Below are positions 1 through 10,189 of a stretch of DNA of 36,995 bases, one piece after another. The stretch comes from Candidatus Planktophila sp. (GTDB lineage: Bacteria; Actinomycetota; Actinomycetes; Nanopelagicales; Nanopelagicaceae). The stretch covers positions 1 through 36,995 of the forward strand of contig JBIKPC010000001.1 of the NCBI GenBank assembly GCA_044357675.1, given 5' to 3'. The first letter of the stretch is position 1. Every line of letters begins with the position of its first letter. The position numbers and the translations under genes were made by a program. The notes below the pieces were generated by a model, which did not search any database, was not told where the DNA came from, and saw only the letters and a list, made by a program, of their open reading frames with translations.

Positions 1-288
1 AAGTTCAAGGGTCTTCCAGGAACTGAAGGAACTCTTCGCGTTGCAGCACCAAAGCCATCAAAGGTTGTTGCTTACGAAGCAGCGATGAAGGCTGCTGCTA
101 ACGAGCCTGCAGAAGGTGCAACAACAATGAAGAAGAAGGCACAGGAGAAGCTTGCAGCTAAAGCAAACCCTGTTGTGTCCGAACCAATTGCAGATGAAGC
201 GGTGTCCGAGGTTCCAGCTCAAGAGACAACTCCAGACGTTGTGTCTGAAGCAGTTGAAACTCCAGCAGCAGAAGCGGCTGCAGAGTAA
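1..288 (+). CDS. rpsP: 30S ribosomal protein S16, C-terminal part (5' end outside window), with long Ala/Glu/Pro-rich actinobacterial tail
   Basis: Frame 1 is open from base 1: KFKGLPGTEGTLRVAAPKPSK..., typical of actinobacterial S16. It lies directly upstream of khpA-rimM-trmD. Confidence 0.9.
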   Translation, partial: KFKGLPGTEGTLRVAAPKPSKVVAYEAAMKAAANEPAEGATTMKKKAQEKLAAKANPVVSEPIADEAVSEVPAQETTPDVVSEAVETPAAEAAAE

Positions 289-290
289 AT

Positions 291-530
291 ATGATGGATG
301 AAGCCCTAGAGCATTTGGTCAAGGGAATCGTCGATAATCCCGATGATGTTGTTGTCTCTGAAAAGAGTGGACGTCGCGGAACAACTTTAGAGGTTCGAGT
401 TAACCCTGAAGATATCGGCAAGGTCATTGGTCGTAATGGTCGTACAGCAAAGGCACTTCGTACCGTTGTAAGTGCGCTCGCAGGACGTACAGTGCGCGTC
501 GATCTCATCGAGACCGACGAAGCTCGATAA
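291..530 (+). CDS. khpA: KH-domain RNA-binding protein (KhpA/UPF0109)
   Basis: DIGKVIGRNGRTAKALR (KH GxxG loop); canonical position between rpsP and rimM. Confidence 0.93.
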   Translation: MMDEALEHLVKGIVDNPDDVVVSEKSGRRGTTLEVRVNPEDIGKVIGRNGRTAKALRTVVSALAGRTVRVDLIETDEAR

Positions 531-532
531 CT

Positions 533-1036
533 ATGCGCTTACTCGTGGGGCGAATTGGTCGCGCTCACGGAATTCTTGGTGAAGCGACGATAGAGGTTCG
601 TACAGATGAACCTAATCGTCGCTTTGCTATTGGTGCAACAGTTCAAACAGATTCCAATGGTGAATTAAAAGTCATCTCTGGCCGTGTTCATAACGGTATT
701 TTATTGTTGGGCTTCGAGGGAATTACTGATCGCAATAGCGTCGAAAAACTTCGCAATACATTGCTCTATGCCGATGTAGATATTAACGAATCCAATGATG
801 ACGAAGATGAGTATCACGTAATGCAGTTGATTGGTTGTGCTGCTGTACTTGAATCTGGCGAAGCTTTTGGCGAAGTAACCGATGTTATCAATCTGCCAGG
901 ACAAGATTTATTGGCGATCAAAACGGCGCAAGGTGAGCAGTTAATTCCCTTTGTCCATCAATTGGTCCCAACAGTGGATATCGCAAACAAGAAAGTGGTG
1001 GTTATTCCGCCAACAATTTCGGGGGAGATCTCATGA
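533..1036 (+). CDS. rimM: Ribosome maturation factor RimM
   Basis: VGRIGRAHGILGE N-terminus, C-terminal PRC barrel (LIPFV); synteny. Confidence 0.96.
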   Translation: MRLLVGRIGRAHGILGEATIEVRTDEPNRRFAIGATVQTDSNGELKVISGRVHNGILLLGFEGITDRNSVEKLRNTLLYADVDINESNDDEDEYHVMQLIGCAAVLESGEAFGEVTDVINLPGQDLLAIKTAQGEQLIPFVHQLVPTVDIANKKVVVIPPTISGEIS

Positions 1037-1701
1037 AGATTGATGCGGTAACAATTTTCCCTGACTACTTTGCACCACTACAGCTTTCTTTATTAGGTAA
1101 AGCACAAGAACAAGGTCTCATTGAAGTCGGAATCCATGACCTACGTTCATTTTCAACGGACAATCACAACACCGTTGATGACACTCCTTATGGTGGTGGA
1201 GCAGGAATGGTTATGTTGCCAGAAATCTGGGGCAGTGCTTTAGATCCATTAATGACACCAGAAACAGATTTAATTATTTTGACACCAGCAGGCAAGCGTT
1301 TTGATCAGCCAATGGCAGCAAAGTTTTCGCAGTCTAAGCATTTAGTCTTTGCGTGTGGACGCTATGAAGGTATTGATGATCGAGTTCGCGAACACTATGC
1401 CTCAAAGAATTACCGTGTGCATGAGGTATCAATAGGTGATTATGTTTTAGGTGGCGGAGAAGTTGCATCCCTTGTCATGATCGAGGCAATCACTCGATTG
1501 ATTCCGGGAGTATTGGGAAATCCAGAGTCACTTGCTGAAGAATCACACAACGAAGAGGGGTACTTGGAGTATCCAAACTTCACAAAGCCCTCTGTTTGGC
1601 GTGATCTTGAAGTTCCAGCAATTTTGCTCAGCGGTAATCATGGTGAGATTGCTAAATGGCGTGCGGCGCAAGCACAAGAGCGTGCCAAGAAGAATCTCTA
1701 G
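1033..1701 (+). CDS. trmD: tRNA (guanine37-N1)-methyltransferase
   Basis: VDDTPYGGGAGMVM, CGRYEGIDDR and SIGDYVLGGGE motifs; ATGA overlap with rimM. Confidence 0.98.
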   Translation: MKIDAVTIFPDYFAPLQLSLLGKAQEQGLIEVGIHDLRSFSTDNHNTVDDTPYGGGAGMVMLPEIWGSALDPLMTPETDLIILTPAGKRFDQPMAAKFSQSKHLVFACGRYEGIDDRVREHYASKNYRVHEVSIGDYVLGGGEVASLVMIEAITRLIPGVLGNPESLAEESHNEEGYLEYPNFTKPSVWRDLEVPAILLSGNHGEIAKWRAAQAQERAKKNL

Positions 1702-1709
1702 TCTTCAAG

Positions 1710-1722
1710 TAGAGTTACTACT
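1710..1722 (+). promoter_or_regulatory. Putative leaderless promoter (-10 TAGAGT, 7 nt before ATG 1723)
   Basis: TAnnnT at 1710-1715; no Shine-Dalgarno before the ATG. Confidence 0.6.
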
Positions 1723-2445
1723 ATGTGCAGACTTCTAGGGTTTACTTCTTCTGAGCGTAAGAGTTTCTACGATCTTGTAGGAAACGAGTTCGACAAATTT
1801 GTCGCCATGTCAGCAGAGCATAAAGATGGTTGGGGTATCGGCTACGAAGGTGAAGTTATTAAAGACCTAAAGCCTGCCAAGGAAAGCGATCTTTTAACCC
1901 AAACGGGTAAGAATTTAGAAACACATGGGGCCTTGCTACATTTGCGACAAGCTTCCAAGGGGATCAGCGTTGACATCAACAACAACCATCCGTTTACTCA
2001 CGGCACAATCACTTTCATGCACAATGGAACAATCCGCCCAGGTGATACTGCAGAGCAATTCATTTCTGATGAATACAAAGGCTTGATTCAAGGGACAACC
2101 GATAGTGAGCGTTACTTTTATGCATTAATTTCAATGGTGGATCAACTTGGTTTGGTCGAAGGTGTTCGTAAGACTGTCAATTTGGTTCGTGCTATCGCCG
2201 ATTACTCCTCACTTAACATCATGGTTCAAACTCCAGAGACGCTTATTGCGGTCTGTGAATTCAATCCAGATGTGAAGACAGAATGGAGTTCAGAGGATCA
2301 TTACGAACTTAGATTCAAAAAGGAAGGCAATGATGTAGTTATCGCTTCGACTGGTTGGGGTAACTCAGATTGGCAGCACCTAGATAACCATCACATGCTC
2401 GTGGTAGACCGTTCGACTTTAGAGTATTCAATTTCCTCTCTATGA
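1723..2445 (+). CDS. Class II (Ntn) glutamine amidotransferase, YafJ/EgtC-like
   Basis: N-terminal MCRLLG nucleophile Cys, plus DGWG, HLRQAS, NNHPF, HNG and GTTDSE motifs. Confidence 0.88.
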   Translation: MCRLLGFTSSERKSFYDLVGNEFDKFVAMSAEHKDGWGIGYEGEVIKDLKPAKESDLLTQTGKNLETHGALLHLRQASKGISVDINNNHPFTHGTITFMHNGTIRPGDTAEQFISDEYKGLIQGTTDSERYFYALISMVDQLGLVEGVRKTVNLVRAIADYSSLNIMVQTPETLIAVCEFNPDVKTEWSSEDHYELRFKKEGNDVVIASTGWGNSDWQHLDNHHMLVVDRSTLEYSISSL

Positions 2446-3863
2446 CCCGTACTTACACGGTCGAAACCTACGGCTGTCAGATGAATGTCCATGACTCCGA
2501 AAGAATCGCAGGGTTGTTGGATGAGGCTGGCTATATTCCGGTAACAGTTGGGGAACAAGCTGACATAGTAGTTTTCAATACTTGTGCTGTGCGAGAAAAT
2601 GCCGACAACAAACTATATGGAAATCTCAGTTTCCTAGCGCCGATTAAGAAATTAAATCCCAATATGCAGATTGCCGTTGGTGGCTGTCTTGCACAAAAAG
2701 ATCAGGCGACGATCATTAAGAAAGCCCCATACGTTGATGTTGTTTTTGGAACGCACAATGTGGGCTCGCTGCCTGTATTACTAGAACGGGCACGTATCGA
2801 GGAAGAGTCACAGATAGAAATTCTGGAAGCTCTCGAGCATTTTCCATCAACTCTGCCAGCTCGTCGTCTTTCTGCATTTTCATCCTGGGTATCTGTATCA
2901 GTAGGGTGTAATAACACCTGCACCTTTTGCATTGTTCCCACGCTTCGTGGAATCGAAAAAGATCGCACCGCAGTAGACATTTTGAATGAAGTTAAGGCCT
3001 TGGTTGCTCAAGGGGTTATTGAAATAACATTACTTGGCCAAAATGTGAATGCGTATGGTGTTGATTTTGGAGATCGTCAGGCTTTTGCCAATTTATTGCG
3101 CGAATGTGGTCAGATAGATGGATTGGAACGAGTTCGTTTCATGTCTCCTCATCCGCGAGATTTCACTGATGATGTAATAGAAGCAATGGCACAAACACCA
3201 AATGTCATGCCTCATTTACACATGCCTTTGCAATCAGGATCCGATCGAGTTTTACAGCAGATGCGCCGCTCGTATCGATCAGATCGATATTTAGGAATTT
3301 TAGATCGAGTTCGCTCAGCGATGCCACATGCGGCCATAACAACCGACATTATTGTTGGATTCCCAGGCGAGACAGAAGAAGATTTCCAAGCAACACTCGA
3401 TGTGTGTACAACAGCTCGGTTTACAGCTGCCTACACATATCAATACTCCATCCGCCCCGGTACGCCAGCTGCAACAATGCCTGATCAAATAACGCAGGAT
3501 GTAGTTGCAGATCGCTACACCAGATTGCACAACCATCAGCAAGCTATTTCATTGTCAGTTAATAAAGAAGCAATCGGAACAAACCATAAAATTTTAGTGG
3601 GGGATTACGAGGGCCGTCGCGATGAGGCGCAATCACGATTAACTGGGCGAAGCGAAGATTTCCGCTTGGTGCATTTTGATAATACATTTGTTGCACGCCC
3701 TGGTGATGAAGTAACTGTCACAATTACAGATGCATCCGCCCATTATTTAATTGGTAACCCAATCTCTATCCGACAGACTCGTGGAGCAGAAGCACACGCT
3801 GCTCGAATCGCACAACCTGGGCCTGCTGCAACGATGCTTGGAATTCCAACGGTTAAACGATGA
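2442..3863 (+). CDS. miaB: tRNA-2-methylthio-N6-dimethylallyladenosine synthase MiaB
   Basis: [19 protein letters not shown], radical [12 protein letters not shown]-terminal TRAM domain. Confidence 0.97.
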   Translation: MTRTYTVETYGCQMNVHDSERIAGLLDEAGYIPVTVGEQADIVVFNTCAVRENADNKLYGNLSFLAPIKKLNPNMQIAVGGCLAQKDQATIIKKAPYVDVVFGTHNVGSLPVLLERARIEEESQIEILEALEHFPSTLPARRLSAFSSWVSVSVGCNNTCTFCIVPTLRGIEKDRTAVDILNEVKALVAQGVIEITLLGQNVNAYGVDFGDRQAFANLLRECGQIDGLERVRFMSPHPRDFTDDVIEAMAQTPNVMPHLHMPLQSGSDRVLQQMRRSYRSDRYLGILDRVRSAMPHAAITTDIIVGFPGETEEDFQATLDVCTTARFTAAYTYQYSIRPGTPAATMPDQITQDVVADRYTRLHNHQQAISLSVNKEAIGTNHKILVGDYEGRRDEAQSRLTGRSEDFRLVHFDNTFVARPGDEVTVTITDASAHYLIGNPISIRQTRGAEAHAARIAQPGPAATMLGIPTVKR

Positions 3864-4756
3864 AATTGATTGTCATTTGTGGCGCAACTGCCACAGGTAA
3901 AAGTGATCTAGCGGTGGCTCTTGCTCAAGAGATTAATGCAGAAATTATTAATGCTGATTCGATGCAGTTGTACAAAGGCATGGATATTGGAACCGCCAAA
4001 ATCACAGTTGAAGAGCGCAAAGGCATTCCGCATCATTTGATGGACTTGTTGGATGTCACCCAGGATGCAAATGTGGCGTGGTATCAAGAGCACGCACGAG
4101 CAGCGATTACCGAAATACATGCTCGCGGGAAAAATGTCATTGTCGTAGGCGGAACAGGCTTATACATAAAGGCGATATTAGATGAGCTGAATTTTCCGGA
4201 CACAGATCCAGTAGTCAGAGCAGAGCTAGAGTTGGAGTTTGCAACAAAGGGGATAGGCCCACTTTTTGAACGACTGGAGAAGTTAGATCCGGCTGCAGCG
4301 CTAGCTATAGATAAAGCTAACTCTCGCCGCGTAATTCGTGCGTTAGAGGTAATCAAAATTACAGGCAAACCCTTCACTGCAAATCTGCCCCGAGAAGAGA
4401 GTTCCAGATACCCGTATGCACAACAGTTTGGTTTAGTGATGGATCGGGATGCACTTTCAGAACGAATCTCAAACCGAGTTGAGCGTATGTGGGAACAAGG
4501 ATTGGTAGCAGAGGCAGAGAAGTTGTTAGTTGCCGGAATAACACAGGGAGTAACTGCCCAACGCGCATTAGGTTACGCCCAAGTGATTGCTCAGATTGAA
4601 GGAAAGGTCACAGAAGAAGAAGCGAAGGAAGAGACTAAGCGAGCGACCAGACAGTACGCACGTCGGCAAGAGACCTGGTTCTCACGAGATGAGCGCATTA
4701 CTTGGATTTCACCAACACAAAACGCACTCCAGCGCATACTTGAATCGATAAACTAA
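3860..4756 (+). CDS. miaA: tRNA dimethylallyltransferase
   Basis: GATATGKS P-loop, [30 protein letters not shown]. Confidence 0.98.
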   Translation: MKLIVICGATATGKSDLAVALAQEINAEIINADSMQLYKGMDIGTAKITVEERKGIPHHLMDLLDVTQDANVAWYQEHARAAITEIHARGKNVIVVGGTGLYIKAILDELNFPDTDPVVRAELELEFATKGIGPLFERLEKLDPAAALAIDKANSRRVIRALEVIKITGKPFTANLPREESSRYPYAQQFGLVMDRDALSERISNRVERMWEQGLVAEAEKLLVAGITQGVTAQRALGYAQVIAQIEGKVTEEEAKEETKRATRQYARRQETWFSRDERITWISPTQNALQRILESIN

Positions 4757-4761
4757 CGGTA

Positions 4762-5559
4762 ATGATCGCTACATATGGCCACGGTACCGAAAATGATTTT
4801 GTTCTCATTTTCGATCCAAAGGATGAACATTCGATAACGACTGCTCAAACCGCAGCAATTTGTAATCGCGAAACTGGGATTGGTGCTGACGGATTAATTC
4901 GTATTATCAAGCGTGATGAAAAATGGTTTATGGATTACCGCAACGCTGACGGGTCCTTGGCTGAAATGTGCGGCAATGGAATTCGCGTTATGGCTAGATA
5001 CTTAGTAGAAAGAGGGCATCAGCCTGAAGGTATTTTTGCTATCAATACTCGAGATGGCATTAAACACCTTCGCGTCCCACTAACAGATGACATATCCGTC
5101 AACATGGGTCAGGTTACTGATGAAGATGAGGCGATTACCGCAGCGACTAACGGGCACATCTGGAACGGTTACAACATTAGTGTTGGCAACCCTCACGCAG
5201 TTGTCTTTGTCGATGATATGTCTGACATTGGTCCACTAGATGTTGCCCCGGTTGTACGCCCGCGAGATTCTTATCCAGAAGGCGTTAATGTCGAATTTGT
5301 GAAGATCATTGAAGGAAACACAATTGCGATGCGGGTGTTTGAACGCGGCTCCGGGGAAACTCGATCATGCGGGACTGGTACCTGTGCCGTGGCGCTAGCT
5401 GCAACCTTACATACCAAGTCGAAGTTGCCAGCGACATGGATTATTACGCCACCTGGTGGACGACTAGAAGTTTCGATTGATGGTCACTCCAATGCAACGC
5501 TCACTGGACCTGCGGTATTAATTCGCGATGTAGATATTTCGAGGTTTTTGGTTGAGTAA
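4762..5559 (+). CDS. dapF: Diaminopimelate epimerase
   Basis: HGTENDF, GIGADG, EMCGNG, GNPH and ERGSGETRSCGTG catalytic motifs. Confidence 0.97.
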   Translation: MIATYGHGTENDFVLIFDPKDEHSITTAQTAAICNRETGIGADGLIRIIKRDEKWFMDYRNADGSLAEMCGNGIRVMARYLVERGHQPEGIFAINTRDGIKHLRVPLTDDISVNMGQVTDEDEAITAATNGHIWNGYNISVGNPHAVVFVDDMSDIGPLDVAPVVRPRDSYPEGVNVEFVKIIEGNTIAMRVFERGSGETRSCGTGTCAVALAATLHTKSKLPATWIITPPGGRLEVSIDGHSNATLTGPAVLIRDVDISRFLVE

Positions 5560-7015
5560 GGATTTCGATGATGAATTCGAATCATTGCTGCGCGAAAGTG
5601 CCCGAGTTGCTGCCGAATATGATGCGAGCGAAGAGGATGATCACAGCGATCAATCACTAGAGCTTTCCGAGCGACATGCGCTGCGGCGTGTAAAAGGTTT
5701 TTCAACTGAACTTCAAGATATTTCAGAAGCCGAGTACCGCCAGCTACAACTCGAACGAGTTGTCTTAGTCGGTGTGTGGACCGAGGGAACAATTAAGGAT
5801 GCAGAAAACTCTTTAGCCGAGCTAAAAGCGTTGGCAGAGACTGCTGGTTCTGAAGTTTTGGAAGGTTTAATTCAAAGACGAGATAAGCCAGATCCTGCAA
5901 CTTACATTGGTTCAGGAAAAGTCATCGAACTAAAACAAGTTGTTATGTCAACGGGAGCTGACACTGTTGTTTGCGATGGAGAACTGTCACCTTCACAACT
6001 GCGGCAATTAGAGGATAAGTTGAAGGTCAAAGTTGTAGATCGCACAGCTTTGATATTAGATATTTTTGCCCAGCATGCGAAAAGCAAAGAGGGTAAGGCT
6101 CAGGTTGAGCTGGCACAGATCGCATATTTGTTACCGCGTCTTCGTGGTTGGGGAGACTCACTGTCTCGACAGGTTGGTGGTCGAGCAGCTGGTGGTGCCG
6201 GTATCGGTGGCCGTGGTCCAGGTGAAACCAAGATTGAAACAGATAGACGTCGTATCCGCGACAAGATGGCAAAGCTTCGTCGTGAAATTGCTGAAATGAA
6301 AGTCTCTAGAGACACCAAGCGCCAAGAGCGTCGCCGCTTTAATATTCCATCAGTTGCGATTGCGGGTTACACAAATGCTGGCAAGTCTTCATTATTGAAT
6401 AAGCTAACAAATGCCGGCGTTCTTGTAGAAAATGCGCTCTTTGCAACATTAGATCCAACCGTTCGCAAATCTGAAACTGCAGATGGTCGTGTCTACACAT
6501 TGAGTGACACTGTTGGTTTTGTTCGCCATCTGCCACACCAATTGATTGATGCATTTAAATCAACTCTTGAAGAAGTCTCTGAATCAGACCTGATTGTGCA
6601 TGTGGTGGATGGTTCACATCCGGATCCGTTTGAACAAATTCGAGCTGTCAGATTAGTAATCGATGAAATTGGCGGCAAGGATATTCCTGAAATTATCGCT
6701 ATCAACAAGGTTGATGTTGCTGACCCTGAAGTGATCATGGAAATCTTGCGTAAGGAACCCAATAGTTACGCCTTCTCAGTACGTACTGGGTTTGGAATAG
6801 AAGGGTTATTGCATGCAATTGAAAGCTCTCTGCCTAGACCTTCGGTAGAGATTAATGTGGTAATTCCATATGACCGCGGAGATTTGGTTCATGCCATTCA
6901 TGAAAGTGGAGAGATTTTTTCTGAGCAGTACTTACCCGAAGGAACTTCGATTCACGCCCGTGTTAACGGTGGATTGGCTCAAAGAATCGAGAATTCCCAT
7001 ATAAGTGGGCAATAA
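5552..7015 (+). CDS. hflX: GTPase HflX
   Basis: GYTNAGKSS, LFATLDPT, DTVGF, NKVD and RGPGETKIETDRRR; TTG start overlaps the dapF end. Confidence 0.97.
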   Translation: MSKDFDDEFESLLRESARVAAEYDASEEDDHSDQSLELSERHALRRVKGFSTELQDISEAEYRQLQLERVVLVGVWTEGTIKDAENSLAELKALAETAGSEVLEGLIQRRDKPDPATYIGSGKVIELKQVVMSTGADTVVCDGELSPSQLRQLEDKLKVKVVDRTALILDIFAQHAKSKEGKAQVELAQIAYLLPRLRGWGDSLSRQVGGRAAGGAGIGGRGPGETKIETDRRRIRDKMAKLRREIAEMKVSRDTKRQERRRFNIPSVAIAGYTNAGKSSLLNKLTNAGVLVENALFATLDPTVRKSETADGRVYTLSDTVGFVRHLPHQLIDAFKSTLEEVSESDLIVHVVDGSHPDPFEQIRAVRLVIDEIGGKDIPEIIAINKVDVADPEVIMEILRKEPNSYAFSVRTGFGIEGLLHAIESSLPRPSVEINVVIPYDRGDLVHAIHESGEIFSEQYLPEGTSIHARVNGGLAQRIENSHISGQ

Positions 7016-7114
7016 CACCGACACGCCGCTGGTTAAATCCAACAGAACACAGTTAAATGCGCCATGATGCGCCCGATAGCACTTAAGAGCAATTATTGAA
7101 TGGCGGTGAGAGCA

Positions 7115-7411
7115 ATGGCAACAGATTACGACACACCCAGAAAAACTGATGAGGAACTTCATGAGGAGTCTCTAGAAGAACTCAAGGCCAAGCGTGTTGA
7201 TGCTCAATCCGGTCAGATCGATGTCGATGAAGCAGAAGCTGCTGAAAATCTTGAATTACCTGGCGCAGACTTATCAGGAGAAGAGCTAGCTGTTCGTGTT
7301 GTTCCAAAGCAAGTTGATGAGTTCACCTGCTCACGATGTTTCTTGGTACACCACATGACTCAACTTGCTAAAGGCGAAGGCGCTAAGGCTGTTTGTAAAG
7401 AGTGCAACTAA
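7115..7411 (+). CDS. DUF4193 family protein (actinobacterial, Cys/His-rich C-terminus)
   Basis: MATDYDTPR start, LPGADLSGEEL, EFTCSRCFLVHH...CKEC. Start moved from 7100 to the conserved MATDY. Confidence 0.9.
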   Translation: MATDYDTPRKTDEELHEESLEELKAKRVDAQSGQIDVDEAEAAENLELPGADLSGEELAVRVVPKQVDEFTCSRCFLVHHMTQLAKGEGAKAVCKECN

Positions 7412-7421
7412 CTCACAAGCA

Positions 7422-7853
7422 CTAGCTTTTTATCGCTTGTTTCAATTCAGCTCCGCGATTACTGCTGATCAACCAATACGGCGTTGAATCATTAGTGTCG
7501 TTAATATCGACACGAACCCCTGCTGATACCCAAAATCGTATCGCCAAAAATGCCTGCGGATCAGCATCACGGGTTCGGGCTAAACGGATCGCTGTATTGT
7601 CTAGATCAACACAATCCCCAATAAAAGCTAAATCAATGTGTGCCTTTCCAACTCGAAGTTCTTTGTTGTCGATTTCGATAAACAAAGCGGTTGAAACATA
7701 AATCCAAATCAATGCTGCTGTCACCACTGCCAGCGCAATCAGTGCGGCATTGTCTCCAAGAGCAGCCCAGATTGAAATTACCAATGTAAGCATGAAGAAG
7801 TACACGAGGAGCAAAAGCCACAGTGGTGCACGTATCACTTCGCGGTAACGCAT
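7422..7853 (-). CDS. DUF3093 family membrane protein
   Basis: MRYRE...PLW, two TM helices, LRVGKAHI, D..DSTPYWLISS. Start moved to 7853, where -10 TACGGT lies 7 nt upstream. Confidence 0.85.
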   Translation of the reverse strand: MRYREVIRAPLWLLLLVYFFMLTLVISIWAALGDNAALIALAVVTAALIWIYVSTALFIEIDNKELRVGKAHIDLAFIGDCVDLDNTAIRLARTRDADPQAFLAIRFWVSAGVRVDINDTNDSTPYWLISSNRGAELKQAIKS

Positions 7854-7894
7854 GGGAGTTACCGTATCGGATATGAAGGCGGTAACCTTGCCAT
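7854..7894. promoter_or_regulatory. Divergent leaderless promoter pair (minus TACGGT 7866-7861; plus TAACCT 7883-7888)
   Basis: Each TAnnnT lies 6-7 nt from a start codon (7853 minus, 7895 plus). Confidence 0.65.
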
Positions 7895-8479
7895 ATGGCT
7901 CGGATTCCAAGCACCACAGCTCCAGAAGGTTCACCTATTCCAGAGCGTCACCCAATGGCGCCAGTTGCCGGATCGAAAATACCCTCACACTTTGGACATT
8001 GCTTCGGTTGTGGAGAGTTACATCCAACAGGTTTACATCTTGCTGCATATGCCGGTGCTGGCTTAGATATCACCGCCGAATTTACTGTCAATGAAAACCA
8101 TCAGGGTGCACCGGGGCTAGCCCATGGTGGACTTTTGTCTTTAGCATTTGATGAAGCTCTCGGAAAATTGATGTGGTTGCTGCGTGCACCAGCGGTTACA
8201 GGGCGTTTAGAGACAGATTTTATAAAGCCAGTTCCTATGGGAACCACGCTGCACATCACTGCAGAAATTACTGGTCAGGTAAATCGAAAAGTGTATACAT
8301 CCGCAGTTGGTCGAATTAATTCACCAGATGGAGAGATCGCGGTTCGGGCTGCAGCACTTTATATAATTGTCCCAATGGATCACTTCATGAATAACGCGCC
8401 TAAAGAGTATCTAGAACACCTTGCTAAGACTCCTGAGGTTATGGCATTTGTAGATCCAACCTTCGAGATCAATCCATAA
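7895..8479 (+). CDS. PaaI family hotdog-fold thioesterase
   Basis: CFGCG..HPTGL and HQGAPGLAHGG...FDEALG motifs. Confidence 0.88.
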   Translation: MARIPSTTAPEGSPIPERHPMAPVAGSKIPSHFGHCFGCGELHPTGLHLAAYAGAGLDITAEFTVNENHQGAPGLAHGGLLSLAFDEALGKLMWLLRAPAVTGRLETDFIKPVPMGTTLHITAEITGQVNRKVYTSAVGRINSPDGEIAVRAAALYIIVPMDHFMNNAPKEYLEHLAKTPEVMAFVDPTFEINP

Positions 8480-8481
8480 AC

Positions 8482-8919
8482 ATGGGCACAGTTCAAGTTC
8501 TAATTACTCGTTTAGATCCATCAGTACCACTTCCAACATATGCCAAAGGTGGAGATGCTGGGGCAGATCTTGCCACCCGCGTTGATGTGACATTACAACC
8601 AGGGGAGCGCGCACTTGTTCCTACCGGAATTTCAATTGCCCTGCCTGATGGATATGTGGCGTTAGTTCACCCACGATCAGGTTTGGCAATCAAACATGGC
8701 GTAACAATGGTTAATGCACCAGGAACTGTTGATGCTGGCTATCGCGGAGAATTGCAATGCATCATGATTAACCATGATCCTAAGGAAGCTATTACATTTC
8801 ACAAAGGTGATCGAATCGCACAATTAGTTATTCAAAAAGTAGAGCGCGCTGATTTTATTGAAGTTAAAGATCTGCCGGGCTCTGGCCGCGGTGTTGGTGG
8901 ATTCGGATCAACGGGATGA
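8482..8919 (+). CDS. dut: dUTP diphosphatase
   Basis: AGADL, PRSGLA, GTVDAGYRGE, RIAQL, RG.GGFGSTG. Confidence 0.98.
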   Translation: MGTVQVLITRLDPSVPLPTYAKGGDAGADLATRVDVTLQPGERALVPTGISIALPDGYVALVHPRSGLAIKHGVTMVNAPGTVDAGYRGELQCIMINHDPKEAITFHKGDRIAQLVIQKVERADFIEVKDLPGSGRGVGGFGSTG

Positions 8920-9536
8920 GTCAACATGATGAAGACCGTGACAAAGTTGTTAACGCTTTAGGTGGAAAAAAAGGCCTGATTGATTCAGGGGTTCCTTCTG
9001 TTGTTTTTTTAATTGTTTTTAACATCACGAAAGAGGTAAATACCGCTATCTGGGCGGCTCTTGGACTTTCGCTGCTTCTTGCCATTTATCGATTAGCTCG
9101 CAAGGACACAATCCAACACTCAGTATCAGGTGTGATTGGTGTCTTGATATGTGCTTACTTTGCTAATCGCAGCGGAAACGCAACTGATTTTTATATTCCA
9201 AAATTACTGACAAATTTGGGATACGGAAGTGTGTATTTGATCGCCAACCTTGCGGGATGGCCGATTTTAGGTCTAGTACTTGGTCCACTTTTAGGCGAGA
9301 ACCTGTCTTGGCGAAAGAATCCTGCGCGCAAGAAGATGTACATCAAAGCAAGTTGGCTTTGGGTAGCGATGTTCTTTCTGCGAATTGCGGTTCAGTATCC
9401 GATTTACAAGAGTGGAAATCTCAATCTGTTAGGTACGGTAAATCTAGCAATGGGATATCCGCTATTTTTCATTACGGCGTATGCAACATGGTTGGTGATT
9501 AAGGCTGGACCGCCTGCGCAAAAGGTAACTGATTAA
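8916..9536 (+). CDS. DUF3159 family membrane protein
   Basis: LGGKKGLIDSGVPS, multiple TM helices, WPILG, VQYPIY; conserved position beside dut and trkA. Confidence 0.85.
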   Translation: MSQHDEDRDKVVNALGGKKGLIDSGVPSVVFLIVFNITKEVNTAIWAALGLSLLLAIYRLARKDTIQHSVSGVIGVLICAYFANRSGNATDFYIPKLLTNLGYGSVYLIANLAGWPILGLVLGPLLGENLSWRKNPARKKMYIKASWLWVAMFFLRIAVQYPIYKSGNLNLLGTVNLAMGYPLFFITAYATWLVIKAGPPAQKVTD

Positions 9537-10189
9537 GAAATAAAGCAGGCTTTAATGTGGGCCTCAGCATCGGCTGATGCAACAAAGAGCAGCTCATCGC
9601 CAGCAGCAAAAACATCGTGCGGCTTAGCTGTAATTACGCGACCATCACGAACGATCGCTGCAATTGCAGCATTTTCTGGAAGCTCAATCTCTTCTACAGT
9701 TTTCCCAATACACGCAGATCCATCTGGCAATGTAAGTTCTACTAGATTTGCTTGGCCTTTTCTAAATGAGAATAAACGAACTACATCGCCAACACTTACT
9801 GCTTCTTCAACGAGTGCAGAAATTATGCGGGGAGTAGATACAGCTACATCAACACCCCATGAGGAATCAAAGAGCCATTCATTCTTTGGGTGATTAATTC
9901 TGGCAACAACACGTGGGACACCGTATTCAGTTTTACCAAGCAGGGATGTCACCAGGTTTGCTTTGTCATCACCCGTTGCAGCAACCAACACCTGACAGTT
10001 ATTCAGATGTGCGTTATCAAGAGATGTAATTTCACATGCATCGGCCATCAACCATTCAGCATCCGGCACGCTTTCCAATTTCAGCGCCTTAGGATCTTTG
10101 TCGATTAACAAAACCTGATGGCCATTATCCAAAAGTTCGCGAGCAATCGCTCGTCCTACATTTCCTGCTCCTGCTATAGCTATTCTCAT
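9533..10189 (-). CDS. trkA: TrkA family K+ uptake regulatory subunit (CeoC-like; RCK_N + RCK_C)
   Basis: GAGNVG Rossmann motif, ATGDDKANLV, NEWLF...WGVDVAVS. Confidence 0.93.
   Translation of the reverse strand: MRIAIAGAGNVGRAIARELLDNGHQVLLIDKDPKALKLESVPDAEWLMADACEITSLDNAHLNNCQVLVAATGDDKANLVTSLLGKTEYGVPRVVARINHPKNEWLFDSSWGVDVAVSTPRIISALVEEAVSVGDVVRLFSFRKGQANLVELTLPDGSACIGKTVEEIELPENAAIAAIVRDGRVITAKPHDVFAAGDELLFVASADAEAHIKACFIS

Noticed and set aside
85-288. Separate 67-aa acidic protein
   Set aside because: It is in frame with S16 sequence from base 1, so it is the low-complexity S16 tail.
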